DNA from: Candidatus Omnitrophota bacterium
Lineage (GTDB): Bacteria; Omnitrophota; Gorgyraeia; Gygaellales; JAQTUX01
Reading direction: 5' to 3'
Assembly: GCA_028707125.1 (NCBI GenBank)
Contig: JAQTUX010000001.1
Location: 544,662-608,661, forward strand
DNA: 64,000 bases
This document shows positions 27,454-37,450 of the stretch, in pieces. The notes below the pieces were generated by a model. It worked only from the letters and a program-made list of their open reading frames with translations. It was not told the origin of the DNA and searched no databases. A program made the translations under genes and the position numbers. How positions within the stretch are numbered: the first letter of the stretch is position 1; each line of letters begins with the position of its first letter.

Positions 27454-28517
27454 AAGGCCCGGCAGTGAATGACTATAATTTTATAGCCACCGGCATAGGA
27501 AGCCTTCCCCACAAGGACGCGAAAACGGCGGTGGGCCTGGTCCTGCGCCACTGCCCTGATATGCCTTTCTGGCCGCAGCTGCCCCGGTTAAGCAGGAAAG
27601 AAGATATGCTGGCCCAGTTCTCTGAGGGCATACCCTGTATTAAGGAGGTTGAGCCAGGCCTGCTTTTTGATGAGGATGCCTTTAATCAGAGCAAGCCGCT
27701 TGAGGATTTTCTTGAGGAGCTGGTGATCCACAATGTTGACTATTTCAAGATAAACCCTTCACACGCCCGCGGGCTGCCGGAGTTTAAGGAGCGGCTGAAG
27801 CAGCTGGATCTAAGCGCGGTTCACTCTCTCAAATGCCACGTCACGGGGCCGTTCACCTTTTGCGCGGGCATAAATGATAAAAAGGGCAGGTCCATACTTT
27901 ATAATGAGGTCATGAGGGACGCCGTTACCAAGGCGCTGGCTATGAAGGCGAGGTGGCAGATAAGGCAGTTTGCCGAGTTCGGCAAACCGATAACCGTCTT
28001 TTTTGACGAGCCCTTCCTTGCCTGTTTTGGCTCTGCTTTTACGCCCGTGAACAAAGAGGATGTAAGCAGGGTCCTGGGGGAGGTATTTGAGGAGGCGCGG
28101 AAAGAAGGCGCGTCCACGGGCATACATTGCTGCGGCAACACGGACTGGTCAATGCTGCTTGAACTGGGGTCCCTTGACATAGTCAATTTTGACGCCTTCA
28201 GTTTTTTTGACAGGTTCTCTCTATATTCCGCGCAGATAGACAGTTTTCTAGAAAGGGGCGGGGCAATATGCTGGGGCATAGTCCCTACTCTGGATTTTAA
28301 CGACAAGATCAAGGCAGAGGAGCTGGCAGCCCGGCTTAAAGGATACATTGAGGCGCTGGTGAATAAAGGCGTTAACAGGCAACGGCTTACGCGCCAGTCC
28401 CTGGTCAGTCCCAGCTGCGGACTTGGCTCTATAGAAGAGAAGAAGGCGGAAAAGATCCTGGCGCTGCTTTCCGAGGTGCCAGGAATTTTAAGAAAAGATT
28501 TGACAAAGGCCGGATGA
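27450..28517 (+). CDS. MetE-like / UroD-like (cobalamin-independent methionine synthase family) protein, short form
   Basis: …FFDEP…, …IHCCGNTDW… resemble the zinc-binding region of MetE C-terminal-domain homologs; assignment tentative. Confidence 0.35.
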   Translation: MKGPAVNDYNFIATGIGSLPHKDAKTAVGLVLRHCPDMPFWPQLPRLSRKEDMLAQFSEGIPCIKEVEPGLLFDEDAFNQSKPLEDFLEELVIHNVDYFKINPSHARGLPEFKERLKQLDLSAVHSLKCHVTGPFTFCAGINDKKGRSILYNEVMRDAVTKALAMKARWQIRQFAEFGKPITVFFDEPFLACFGSAFTPVNKEDVSRVLGEVFEEARKEGASTGIHCCGNTDWSMLLELGSLDIVNFDAFSFFDRFSLYSAQIDSFLERGGAICWGIVPTLDFNDKIKAEELAARLKGYIEALVNKGVNRQRLTRQSLVSPSCGLGSIEEKKAEKILALLSEVPGILRKDLTKAG

Positions 28518-28576
28518 GAAGTTATTATAAGGACCTGCTTTTCTCCAAAATCGTTTTAATCCCGGGAGAAACATAA

Positions 28577-29122
28577 ATGAAAGAGATACGCATACACGCG
28601 CGCGCCGGCCAGGGCGCCATTACATCAGCGGTCATTCTGGGCGAGGCCTATGTAGGCGAAGGTAAATTCGCCTATTGCTTTCCCAGTTTCGGAGCGGCGA
28701 GGATGGGCGCGCCTATGAACGGCTTCGTGAGAGTGGATACCAGGCCGGTGCGGCTGCGCAGTCAGATATATAACCCGGATTACGTTATAATCGTTGACGC
28801 TACCTTGATGAGAGGGTTTAATTGCCTTTCCGGGCTCAAGGACGACGGCATCGCCATCATCAACCAGAGAGAGGACGTGGAGATGCCCAAGCCCAAATCC
28901 AAACAAAAGATATATGTCGTGCCTGCCAACGCCATAGCGCAGGAGGCTATAGGCAGGCCGTTGGGAAATACGGCGCTGCTCGGAGCGTACGCGGCGGCAA
29001 CAGGCCAGATAAAGCTGGACAGCTTAATAGAGGCGGTGAAGAAGAGGATGGCGGGCAAGATCGTGGAAGGCAACATAGCCGCCGTAAGGAAAGGATTTGA
29101 ATTCGTATGCAAGGCCCAATAA
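28577..29122 (+). CDS. porG: 2-oxoacid:ferredoxin oxidoreductase gamma subunit
   Basis: …ARAGQGAITSA… gamma-subunit signature. Confidence 0.8.
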   Translation: MKEIRIHARAGQGAITSAVILGEAYVGEGKFAYCFPSFGAARMGAPMNGFVRVDTRPVRLRSQIYNPDYVIIVDATLMRGFNCLSGLKDDGIAIINQREDVEMPKPKSKQKIYVVPANAIAQEAIGRPLGNTALLGAYAAATGQIKLDSLIEAVKKRMAGKIVEGNIAAVRKGFEFVCKAQ

Positions 29123-29370
29123 AATCGCGCCCGGGTTCAAGCAAGACAAATAAGACCGGTTCCTGGCGCACAGACATAAAGCCGAAGTTCCTGCGTAAGA
29201 ACTGCATTGCCTGTCGGTTGTGCGTTCTTGTCTGCCCCGAGGCCTGTATCAGCGGCAAGGAGAAAAATACCTTTTTGCCCGATTATGACTTTTGCAAGGG
29301 ATGCGGGCTGTGCGCCGTAGTATGCCCGAAGAAAGACATTGAGATGATAAAGGAAAAGGATAAGGAATGA
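29107..29370 (+). CDS. porD: 2-oxoacid:ferredoxin oxidoreductase delta subunit (2x[4Fe-4S] ferredoxin)
   Basis: CIACRLCVLVCP and CKGCGLCAVVCP motifs. Confidence 0.8.
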   Translation: MQGPIKSRPGSSKTNKTGSWRTDIKPKFLRKNCIACRLCVLVCPEACISGKEKNTFLPDYDFCKGCGLCAVVCPKKDIEMIKEKDKE

Positions 29371-30545
29371 AACAGTTTTTAGAGGGCTCTCAGGCAGTAG
29401 CGCATTGCATAAAGGCGGTCAAGCCCGGTGTGATCTCGGCCTATCCCATTACGCCGCAGACGCACATCGTTGAAGAGCTGGCACAGATGGTGGCCAACGG
29501 CGAGCTTGACTCTCAGTTCATCAACGTGGAAAGCGAACATTCAGCCGCCTCCGTAGTGCTGGGCGGCTCCGCGACCGGGGTGAGGGTATTTACCGCTACC
29601 AGCTCCCAGGGCCTGCTTCTTATGGCGGAGGTCATATTTAACATAGCCGGTATGCGGCTGCCGGTAGTGCTTACCTGCGCCAACCGCGCCATATCCGCGC
29701 CCATAAATATCTGGAACGACCAGCAGGACTCCATTTCCCTGCGGGACGCTGGATGGATACAGTTTTACGCCGAGAGCAATCAGGATGTGGTGGACCTGCA
29801 CCTTATGGCTTACCGCATAGCCGAAGATAACGACGTGATGCTTCCGGTAATGGTCTGTATGGACGGTTTCGCCCTGACGCACGCGGTAGAGGTAGTGGAT
29901 ATCCCCGCGGCGGAACAGGTGAAGAAATTCCTTCCCGACTACAAGGCGCCTTATAAATTAGATATAGATAATCCCATCACCCTTGGATTCCTGGCAGACC
30001 CTGGTTGTTACATGGAATGCCGTTACGCTGTTCAGAAGACACTGCGGGAGACCCTGGATCTTATCCCTAAGGTGCAGGCGGAATTCAACGCGGTCTTCGG
30101 CCGTTCAGCCGGCGGCCTGGTCGAGGAGTATATGGTAAAGGACGCGGAGAACGTCATCGTAGCAATGGGGTCTGTGTGCGGGACGATCAAAGATGTGGTG
30201 GATGAATTAAGGTCCAAGGGTAAAAAGGTCGGGCTGTTAAAGGTAATAACCTACAGGCCGTTCCCTGAACAGGCGATTTATGAGGCGTTGAAGAATACCG
30301 GCCGCGTAGCCGTGCTGGATAAGTCGATCTCGCTCGGCGCATACGGCCCGCTATACACGGATCTAAAGGGCGCGTTTTTCGCCAGGAAAAAGGCGCCCAA
30401 GGCGATCAGCGGCTTTGTAGCCGGCTTAGGGGGCCGCGACATAACCAGAGAGACGATCAAGGATATTTTTAAAAAACTCTCAGGCAAGCAGGTGAACGCC
30501 GAATTTATGGATTTGAAGCCGGAACTTTTAGAGGAGAAGGCATGA
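29367..30545 (+). CDS. porA: 2-oxoacid:ferredoxin oxidoreductase alpha subunit
   Basis: 392 aa, alpha-subunit domain order, operon context. Confidence 0.85.
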   Translation: MKQFLEGSQAVAHCIKAVKPGVISAYPITPQTHIVEELAQMVANGELDSQFINVESEHSAASVVLGGSATGVRVFTATSSQGLLLMAEVIFNIAGMRLPVVLTCANRAISAPINIWNDQQDSISLRDAGWIQFYAESNQDVVDLHLMAYRIAEDNDVMLPVMVCMDGFALTHAVEVVDIPAAEQVKKFLPDYKAPYKLDIDNPITLGFLADPGCYMECRYAVQKTLRETLDLIPKVQAEFNAVFGRSAGGLVEEYMVKDAENVIVAMGSVCGTIKDVVDELRSKGKKVGLLKVITYRPFPEQAIYEALKNTGRVAVLDKSISLGAYGPLYTDLKGAFFARKKAPKAISGFVAGLGGRDITRETIKDIFKKLSGKQVNAEFMDLKPELLEEKA

Positions 30546-31429
30546 GCGTTGAAACGGGCGTGGAAAGGCATTTGTTTAATCCGGGCCACACGGCCTGCGC
30601 CGGATGCGGCCAGTCCATGGCGGCGCGCCTGGTAATAGAAGCGGCAGGCAGCAATACCATCATAGCCAACAATACCGGCTGCCTTGAAGTTTTCACCACG
30701 CGCTATCCTGAAACCGCCTGGGGCGTGCCCTGGATACATTCTTTGTTTGAGAACTGCGCGGCCGTTGCCTCAGGTATAGAGGCGGCTTTAAAGTATTTAG
30801 GAAAGAAAGAAGGGACTAACATCATTGCGCAGGCAGGAGACGGCGGCACAGCGGATATAGGGCTTCAGGCGCTTTCCGGCATGCTTGAGAGGGGCCACGA
30901 TATACTTTATGTCTGTTATGACAATGAGGCCTACATGAACACGGGTATCCAGCGCAGCGGCCTGACTCCTTTTGGCAGTAACACCACAACCAGCCCTTCC
31001 GCGGAGTCCGCTTTTGGCAACCCCAGGCCCAAGAAACCTATGCCCGAGATAGCCAACGCGCACGGCATACCTTATGTCGCGACTTCCACTTCCGCGTTTC
31101 CGCAGGATATCCAGCGCAAGGTCAAGAAGGCGTTGAGCATAAAGGGCCCGAAATATATCCAGATCCATGTCCCCTGCCCCTTAGGGTGGCGCCACAGCCC
31201 GTCGCTGACAATACCGGTGGCAAAATTAGCCGTCGACACAGGCCTGTATCCCGTTATAGAGTATGAGAACGGCAAGTTGGCCGCGGTGAGAAAGATCGCG
31301 CCCCTGCCGGTGGAAGAATATCTTAAAGTCCAGGGCCGTTTCAAACATATCCTGAACAACCCGGAAGAGATCAAAAAGGTCCAGGCAATAGCGGATAATA
31401 ACATAGAGAAGTACGGATTAAAGCAGTAG
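30542..31429 (+). CDS. porB: 2-oxoacid:ferredoxin oxidoreductase beta subunit (TPP-binding)
   Basis: C-x2-C…C Fe-S ligands and GDGG TPP motif. Confidence 0.85.
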   Translation: MSVETGVERHLFNPGHTACAGCGQSMAARLVIEAAGSNTIIANNTGCLEVFTTRYPETAWGVPWIHSLFENCAAVASGIEAALKYLGKKEGTNIIAQAGDGGTADIGLQALSGMLERGHDILYVCYDNEAYMNTGIQRSGLTPFGSNTTTSPSAESAFGNPRPKKPMPEIANAHGIPYVATSTSAFPQDIQRKVKKALSIKGPKYIQIHVPCPLGWRHSPSLTIPVAKLAVDTGLYPVIEYENGKLAAVRKIAPLPVEEYLKVQGRFKHILNNPEEIKKVQAIADNNIEKYGLKQ

Positions 31430-31454
31430 TTCAAAACACAGAGGAGGTGGCAAA

Positions 31455-31934
31455 ATGGGCAAGACCGCGCGTGCGATATGTGATGTAAGCTTAAAAGAGT
31501 TACTCAAGGACCTGAACAAGGCGTATTGCGACGAATGGCTGGCGTTTTATCTCTATTGGTATATGGCGCAGACGGTTTCCGGCAAGGCCTATGAAGATAT
31601 GCAGGAGTTTTTGAACAAGATCGCCAAGGATGAGTTGGAGCATGCTCAGGAATTGGCCGATCTGATCACCAAGTTGGGAGATGTGCCTACGGCAAATCCC
31701 ATGGAATTGGAAAAGAACGCCAATTTCCCCTATCCCGCGCCTCCCAAGAATACCGCCGACATAAACCGGATCATCCGCATTGTGATGGAGGCAGAGGCAG
31801 GGGCTATTGAGGTTTACAATAAGATCGCCAGGAAGACGCTGGGCAAGGATAACGTCACTTATCAGTTAGTCACGCACATACTGTCCGAGGAAGTTGACCA
31901 CGAAGAGATGTTTGAAAACCTGTTGGAGAGGTAA
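31455..31934 (+). CDS. ferritin-like diiron-carboxylate protein (Dps/bacterioferritin-like)
   Basis: E…ExxH spaced helices (DELEHAQE… / EAEAGAIE… / EEVDHEE). Confidence 0.5.
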   Translation: MGKTARAICDVSLKELLKDLNKAYCDEWLAFYLYWYMAQTVSGKAYEDMQEFLNKIAKDELEHAQELADLITKLGDVPTANPMELEKNANFPYPAPPKNTADINRIIRIVMEAEAGAIEVYNKIARKTLGKDNVTYQLVTHILSEEVDHEEMFENLLER

Positions 31935-31936
31935 TT

Positions 31937-32119
31937 ATGGCTAAAGTAACTGTTGATGCTTCAACTTGTGTGGGATGCGGCTTGTGCGCGCAGGCCTGCC
32001 CCGATGTCTTTGAGGTGCAGGCGGACGGCGTGGCGCATGTCAAGGCGTCCGGCTGCTCAAGTTGCGACGTTAAGGAGATCGCGGGACAGTGTCCTGTCAA
32101 CGCGATCAAGGTAGAGTAG
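31937..32119 (+). CDS. fdx: ferredoxin (small, single/dual cluster)
   Basis: CVGCGLCAQACP motif plus additional Cys; 60 aa. Confidence 0.8.
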   Translation: MAKVTVDASTCVGCGLCAQACPDVFEVQADGVAHVKASGCSSCDVKEIAGQCPVNAIKVE

Positions 32120-32122
32120 GAT

Positions 32123-33583
32123 TTACCGGCTTAAGATCTGCAGGTTGGCTTTTTTATGCAGCTCGGCGAGCAGGCCCTGAAAGAATTTCTCTTTCTTTTC
32201 TTCAAGGAGGCGTTTACTGAACGCCTCCTTTTCTTTCGCGAATTTTCCTTCATCCACGCCGATAAATTCATTTAACTTCAATACATAGAAGCCGGAAGGC
32301 GTTTCCAGCAGGGGGCTTATCTCGCCTTTTTTCTTCAGGTTGAACGCCGCCTCCCAGAATCCTTTATAGTTGCCTATCTCCGGTATATAACTGTCGCGGC
32401 CAAACGGCTCGGTATTTCCCTTTTTCAGGCCGAATTCATCCGCCATCCGCCCCAGGTCAATATCCTTTTTGCCTTCTTTGAATTTGTCTATCTTCTGAAG
32501 GCATTCGGCAAGTTTTTCCCTGGCCTCTTCTTTAGCCAGGTCATATATAAGCGTCTCCCTGACCTTGTTCTTTATTTCCTCAAATGGGGGCAGGTAGTTT
32601 TCTTTTCTGTCTTTTATTTTCAGGATATAGACGCCCACGGCCGTGGGTATGGCGCCGCTTACGCGGCCTTTTTTAAGGCGGGAGATCTCCTCAAACACAT
32701 TAGGGGAGAATCCTATGCCGGGTATGGGCTCCTGCGTGCTGATAAATCCGGTCTCTTTTATCCTCAGGTTATTTTCTTCCGCCGCCTTCTTCAGGTCGTC
32801 ATTTTCAGAGACCTTGCTTGAGATCTCCCGCATTTTTTTGTGGGCCTGCTCTTTCATCTCTTCCGTGGCATCAGCGGGGTGATCAAGGCCGATATACTCT
32901 ACATTTACCGCCAGGCCTATGCGGAAGCTTTGCGGGTTCTTATTGAGGAAATCCCTTAATTCTTCGTCGGAGACCTCTATGCCGGCGGTGAAGGAGCCGG
33001 GGAGCGCCGCGATATATTCTACCTTTACTTTTTCGTTGCTTTTTTTGTATTCCCGCGCCGCCTCTTCTTCGTTCACGGATATATCCCCGGTGAGCCGCTT
33101 GTATAATTCTTCTATCATAAGCGATGACCTGATCTGCTCTTCAAATTTTCTGGGGGAGGCGAGGAAGGAGTAGTGCAGCACGTTCTCGTATCTTTCTTTG
33201 TTGAAGCCGCCGTTTTCCTGGAAGAAGGGGAAGGCGCGCACGCTTTCTATGACCTTTGTATCGGATATCTTTATTTTTCTTTTTTTCGCCTCTTCCAGCA
33301 GCAGTATCCTTTCCCATGCCTGCGCGTTCAGGTTCAGGTAGTCCTTTATCTTTTCAAATTCTTCGCCGAATCTCATCAAGGCAAGGTTCCTCACGGCGTT
33401 TAAGCTGTCCTGGTATTCGCTGAAGGTGATCTTCCTGCCGAAGGCGGTCCCGGCGTGCGTGGGCTCGTTCTTGCTTCTTATCGCGCTGCCCGCGCCCCAG
33501 AACACAAAGGCGGGGATGATGATGACGGCCAGCCCGATGAGTATCCTTTTTTGCACCTTTTTCTTGTGTAGTATGCTTAGCAT
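32123..33583 (-). CDS. ppiD: periplasmic peptidyl-prolyl isomerase/chaperone, PpiD/SurA-like, membrane anchored
   Basis: N-terminal TM anchor, SurA-N-like region, parvulin-type PPIase segment. Confidence 0.7.
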   Translation of the reverse strand: MLSILHKKKVQKRILIGLAVIIIPAFVFWGAGSAIRSKNEPTHAGTAFGRKITFSEYQDSLNAVRNLALMRFGEEFEKIKDYLNLNAQAWERILLLEEAKKRKIKISDTKVIESVRAFPFFQENGGFNKERYENVLHYSFLASPRKFEEQIRSSLMIEELYKRLTGDISVNEEEAAREYKKSNEKVKVEYIAALPGSFTAGIEVSDEELRDFLNKNPQSFRIGLAVNVEYIGLDHPADATEEMKEQAHKKMREISSKVSENDDLKKAAEENNLRIKETGFISTQEPIPGIGFSPNVFEEISRLKKGRVSGAIPTAVGVYILKIKDRKENYLPPFEEIKNKVRETLIYDLAKEEAREKLAECLQKIDKFKEGKKDIDLGRMADEFGLKKGNTEPFGRDSYIPEIGNYKGFWEAAFNLKKKGEISPLLETPSGFYVLKLNEFIGVDEGKFAKEKEAFSKRLLEEKKEKFFQGLLAELHKKANLQILSR

Positions 33584-33663
33584 CTGTTACCTCTCTTTCT
33601 TATGCAGTTCATTATAGGGAGGAAACTTAAAAAAATCAATCTCTAAATCACTTGCAAATTTTC

Positions 33664-33692
33664 TTTACAAAGCAGTGGTGTAAATGTATAAT
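33664..33692 (+). promoter_or_regulatory. candidate promoter TTTACA -17- TATAAT (TGn-extended) ending about 8 nt before hisG ATG (near-leaderless)
   Basis: Direct reading of hexamers and spacer; no RBS between -10 and ATG. Confidence 0.4.
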
Positions 33693-33700
33693 AAATCTCT

Positions 33701-34582
33701 ATGAAAAAGAATATTCTAAAACTGGGGCTGCCGAAGGGGAGCTTGCAGGAGGCCACCTTTAAGATGTTCAACAAGGCGGGCTTCAACATCACCGTGGGCT
33801 CGCGGTCGTATTTTCCTTCCATAAACGACAGCGAGATAGAGTGCGTGCTCTTGCGCGCGCAGGAGATGTCCCGCTACGTCCAGATGGGGGTGCTTGACTG
33901 CGGCATTACCGGAGAGGACTGGATATTGGAGAACGGCTCGGACGTTGTCCGGGTGTCGGAATTGACCTACGCCAAGCAGAGCCTCAACCCCGTAAGGTGG
34001 GTTTTAGCCGTGCCCGAAGAGTCATCCATAAGGTCCGTAAAGGACCTTGGGGGCAAGTCCATCGCCACGGAACTGGTGAATTTTACCACGCGCTACCTGA
34101 AGAAAAACAAGGTGAACGCCGACGTGGAATTCTCCTGGGGCGCGACCGAGGCAAAGGTGAATGCCGGCCTCGTGGACGCGATCGTGGAACTGACGGAGAC
34201 CGGCTCGTCTTTGCGCGCGAACAAACTAAGAGAGGTGTGCACCCTATGCACTTCAGTCACGCAATTTATAGCCAATAAAAAGTCATACAAGGACGCCTTC
34301 AAGAGGCGCAAGATGGAGCAGATCGCGCTTCTTTTGCGCGGGGCGATAAACGCGGAAGAGAAGGTGGGCTTGAAGATGAACGTCAGGCAGTCAGACCTTA
34401 AGAAGGTCATATCCAAACTGCCCGCCTTGAAGAAGCCGACCATTTCTTCATTGAGCAGCGGCGGCTGGTATGCCATAGATACCGTTATAAACGAAAGCGT
34501 GGTGCGCTCTATCATACCGGAGTTGAAAAAGGCCGGCGCTGAAGGGATCATAGAGTATCCGTTGAACAAGGTGATTTTATAG
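33701..34582 (+). CDS. hisG: ATP phosphoribosyltransferase, long form
   Basis: [11 protein letters not shown]-terminal signature and C-terminal regulatory domain. Confidence 0.85.
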   Translation: MKKNILKLGLPKGSLQEATFKMFNKAGFNITVGSRSYFPSINDSEIECVLLRAQEMSRYVQMGVLDCGITGEDWILENGSDVVRVSELTYAKQSLNPVRWVLAVPEESSIRSVKDLGGKSIATELVNFTTRYLKKNKVNADVEFSWGATEAKVNAGLVDAIVELTETGSSLRANKLREVCTLCTSVTQFIANKKSYKDAFKRRKMEQIALLLRGAINAEEKVGLKMNVRQSDLKKVISKLPALKKPTISSLSSGGWYAIDTVINESVVRSIIPELKKAGAEGIIEYPLNKVIL

Positions 34583-34599
34583 AGAAGGAGTTTAGGGCT

Positions 34600-34710
34600 A
34601 TGCCTTGCGGCAGAAAAAGGAAGAGAAGAAAGATACGCACGCATAAGAGAAAGAAGGCGCTTCGCAGAAGAAGACATCTTAAGAAACGCGCCTGGGGATC
34701 AAAGAGCTGA
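34600..34710 (+). CDS. tiny Arg/Lys-rich peptide (36 aa)
   Basis: MPCGRKRKRRKIRTHKRKKALRRRRHLKKRAWGSKS; RBS gaaggag 9 nt upstream; composition like very basic ribosome-associated peptides. Confidence 0.35.
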   Translation: MPCGRKRKRRKIRTHKRKKALRRRRHLKKRAWGSKS

Positions 34711-34719
34711 CGGCATCAG

Positions 34720-35706
34720 ATGCGTTTGGGATCTGATCCGCGCAAGGTCTTAGCCACAGCGGCGGCTATCTGTGGGTTGTCCCTGTTTTTTTCCGGTCGG
34801 GGTTATGGCGGCCAGTTGAAGGACATAGGCGGGCTGAGCCATTTTATGATGGGCGTTATATACGACCGGCTGGACGACGTAGATAAGGCAATTGAAGAAT
34901 ACCGGAGTTCTATCCGCCTTGAAGAGGGCGTGGCCTATACGCACGTACGCCTCGCCGCCGACTACATAAAACAGAACGATTCCCAAAAGGCCATTGAAGA
35001 GCTTAAGGCCGTATCTGAGATCGACCCTGACAACATAGAGTCCCACGCGATACTGGCACTTCTGTATACATCCGAGAAAAAAACGGAAGAAGCGGCGGAG
35101 GAATACGAAAAATTCCTGACAGGGGCCTCTAAGCTGGACCCTGATAATACCCAGATCTACCACCAGTTAGCCCAGGTGTATTACATACAGAAAAAGACAG
35201 GGCAGGCGATAGAGGCATACAAGAACATTCTGGTGATCTCCCCCGACGATGCTTTGGCCCGTTTTTATCTCGGGTCGCTCTACGAAGAACAGAAGATGCA
35301 CGCGGAGGCGGAAGAGGAACTTAAAAGGTCGCTCAGCCTGCAGCCGGATTCCCACCAGGCGATGAACGCGTTGAGCTATATGTATGCCGAAAAAGGGGAA
35401 AATCTGGATGAGGCAGAGGCGCTTGTGAAGAAGGCGCTGGAATTTGAGCCGGCCGAGGGCGCGTATCTGGATACGCTGGGATGGGTTTATTTCAAGAAAG
35501 GCAAGCTCAATGAAGCGGTGGAATACCTTAAGCGCGCCGCTTCTCTTCTTGATGACCCGGTAATATATGACCATCTGGGCGACGCCTATGAGGCAAGCGG
35601 CTTAAAGGATATGGCTGATGAGGCCTGGGCCGGGGCGTTGAAACTCAACCCTGAGTTAGAGCGGATAAAGGCCAAAATAGAAGGCAGGCAAATTGAAGCA
35701 CATTGA
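34720..35706 (+). CDS. TPR-repeat protein (probably exported)
   Basis: Multiple 34-aa TPR units (…AIEEYRS…, …AIEAYKNIL…, …AVEYLKRA…). Confidence 0.7.
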   Translation: MRLGSDPRKVLATAAAICGLSLFFSGRGYGGQLKDIGGLSHFMMGVIYDRLDDVDKAIEEYRSSIRLEEGVAYTHVRLAADYIKQNDSQKAIEELKAVSEIDPDNIESHAILALLYTSEKKTEEAAEEYEKFLTGASKLDPDNTQIYHQLAQVYYIQKKTGQAIEAYKNILVISPDDALARFYLGSLYEEQKMHAEAEEELKRSLSLQPDSHQAMNALSYMYAEKGENLDEAEALVKKALEFEPAEGAYLDTLGWVYFKKGKLNEAVEYLKRAASLLDDPVIYDHLGDAYEASGLKDMADEAWAGALKLNPELERIKAKIEGRQIEAH

Positions 35707-36514
35707 AGAGAAGATAGAGTTCCTGGAAGAAAAGGCAAGGCATATCAGGCGGCTGATCATAGATATGCTGTTTAAGGCCGGCAGCGGCCATCCCGGCGGG
35801 AGCCTTTCATCGGCGGACTTGATCGCGGCATTATATTTTGAAGTACTCAAGCATGACCCTGAGAATCCCAGGTGGCCTGACAGGGACAGGTTTCATTTAT
35901 CTAAAGGCCACGCCTGCCCTGTGGTTTATGCCGCCCTTGCCGAGGCAGGTTATTTCAAAAAAGAGGAACTCTGGACATTAAGGGAGTTGGGGTCTATATT
36001 GCAGGGGCATCCTGACAGGCGCACGCCCGGTATAGAGGCGGCTTCCGGTTCTCTCGGACAGGGGCTCTCAGTCGCTTTAGGCATGAGCCTCGCCGGCCGT
36101 ATAGACAAGAGGGGCTACAGGGTCTATGTGCTTATGGGAGATGGAGAGATACAGGAGGGCAATATATGGGAGGCGGCAATGGCCTGCTCCCACTATAAGT
36201 GCGATAATCTCTGCGCGGTCCTTGATTATAACGGTTATCAGATAGACGGCAGGGTATGCGATGTCATGGGCATTGAGCCGATCAAGGAGAAGTGGGTAAG
36301 CTTCGGCTGGAATGTTTTAGAGATAGACGGGCATAATATGCGCCGGATCGTTTCGGCGTTTGAAAAGGCGGCGCGGCACAAAGGCGCCCCGACGATCATC
36401 ATCGCCAGGACCACCAAGGGCAAAGGCGTATCCTTTATGGAGAACATCGCCGATTTCCACGGCAGGGCTCCTACCGAAGAAGAGACAAAGAAGGCGTTGG
36501 AGGAATTGGGCTGA
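35693..36514 (+). CDS. tktA: transketolase, N-terminal (TPP-binding) subunit
   Basis: GHPGGSLS, GDGE motifs; split-type transketolase. Confidence 0.85.
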   Translation: MKHIEEKIEFLEEKARHIRRLIIDMLFKAGSGHPGGSLSSADLIAALYFEVLKHDPENPRWPDRDRFHLSKGHACPVVYAALAEAGYFKKEELWTLRELGSILQGHPDRRTPGIEAASGSLGQGLSVALGMSLAGRIDKRGYRVYVLMGDGEIQEGNIWEAAMACSHYKCDNLCAVLDYNGYQIDGRVCDVMGIEPIKEKWVSFGWNVLEIDGHNMRRIVSAFEKAARHKGAPTIIIARTTKGKGVSFMENIADFHGRAPTEEETKKALEELG

Positions 36515-36516
36515 TC

Positions 36517-37443
36517 ATGACTGAATCATTGTACGCGAGAGAGGTTTACGGAAAGACGCTCGTTGAGCTGGGCAGGAAAGACCCCAATATCGTCGTATTT
36601 GATTCCGACCTGTCCTGTTCTACAAAGACCGCGCTCTTTAGAAGGGATTTCCCCGAGAGGTTCTTTAATTTCGGCGTGGCTGAGCAGAACATGATGGCAA
36701 CCGCCGCCGGCCTTGCCAGCTGCGGCAAGATAGTGTTTGCCTCAACCTTCGCCATGTTCGCCACCGGCCGCACATGGGACCAGATAAGAAACAGTATATG
36801 CTACAGTAATTTCAACGTTAAGATCGTGGCGACTCACGCGGGTATAACCGTAGGCCCTGACGGCGCCAGCCATCAGGCGCTTGAGGATATAGCGCTTATG
36901 CGGTTGATCCCCAATATGAAGGTCATTGTCCCCGCGGACGGGCCGGAAACGCGTGAGGCCGTGATGTATGCCGCGGCCGCGCCCGGGCCGTTTTATATCA
37001 GGCTGGGAAGGGTAAAGGTTGAAACGATCGACGGCAAGCCGCCTTACTGTTTCGGCAAGGCATATTCTTTGACCGAGGGCAGCGACATAGCTATAGTTGC
37101 CTGCGGCATTATGGTGCAAGAGGCGTTGAAGGCGGGCGCCGCCTTGAGAAAAGAAGGCATTTCCTGCCGCGTGATCAATATGCACACGATCAAACCGATC
37201 GATGCCGATATATTGATAAAGGCGGCGAAAGAGACAAAAGGCATAGTCGTTTGTGAAGAGCATTCCGTAATAGGGGGCCTTGCCTCCGCCATAGACGAGG
37301 TAGTGGCTGAAAACTTTCCCAGAAAGGTATTGAGAATAGGCGTGAAGCATAGATTCGGCCAGTCAGGCAGCCCGCAGGACCTGCTCAAAGAATATAACCT
37401 GACGGCGGAGGATATAGTAAAGACGGCAAAAGCACTGCTTTGA
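36517..37443 (+). CDS. tktB: transketolase, C-terminal subunit
   Basis: Pyrimidine-binding and C-terminal domains; adjacent to N-subunit. Confidence 0.85.
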   Translation: MTESLYAREVYGKTLVELGRKDPNIVVFDSDLSCSTKTALFRRDFPERFFNFGVAEQNMMATAAGLASCGKIVFASTFAMFATGRTWDQIRNSICYSNFNVKIVATHAGITVGPDGASHQALEDIALMRLIPNMKVIVPADGPETREAVMYAAAAPGPFYIRLGRVKVETIDGKPPYCFGKAYSLTEGSDIAIVACGIMVQEALKAGAALRKEGISCRVINMHTIKPIDADILIKAAKETKGIVVCEEHSVIGGLASAIDEVVAENFPRKVLRIGVKHRFGQSGSPQDLLKEYNLTAEDIVKTAKALL

Positions 37444-37450
37444 TGTCATC

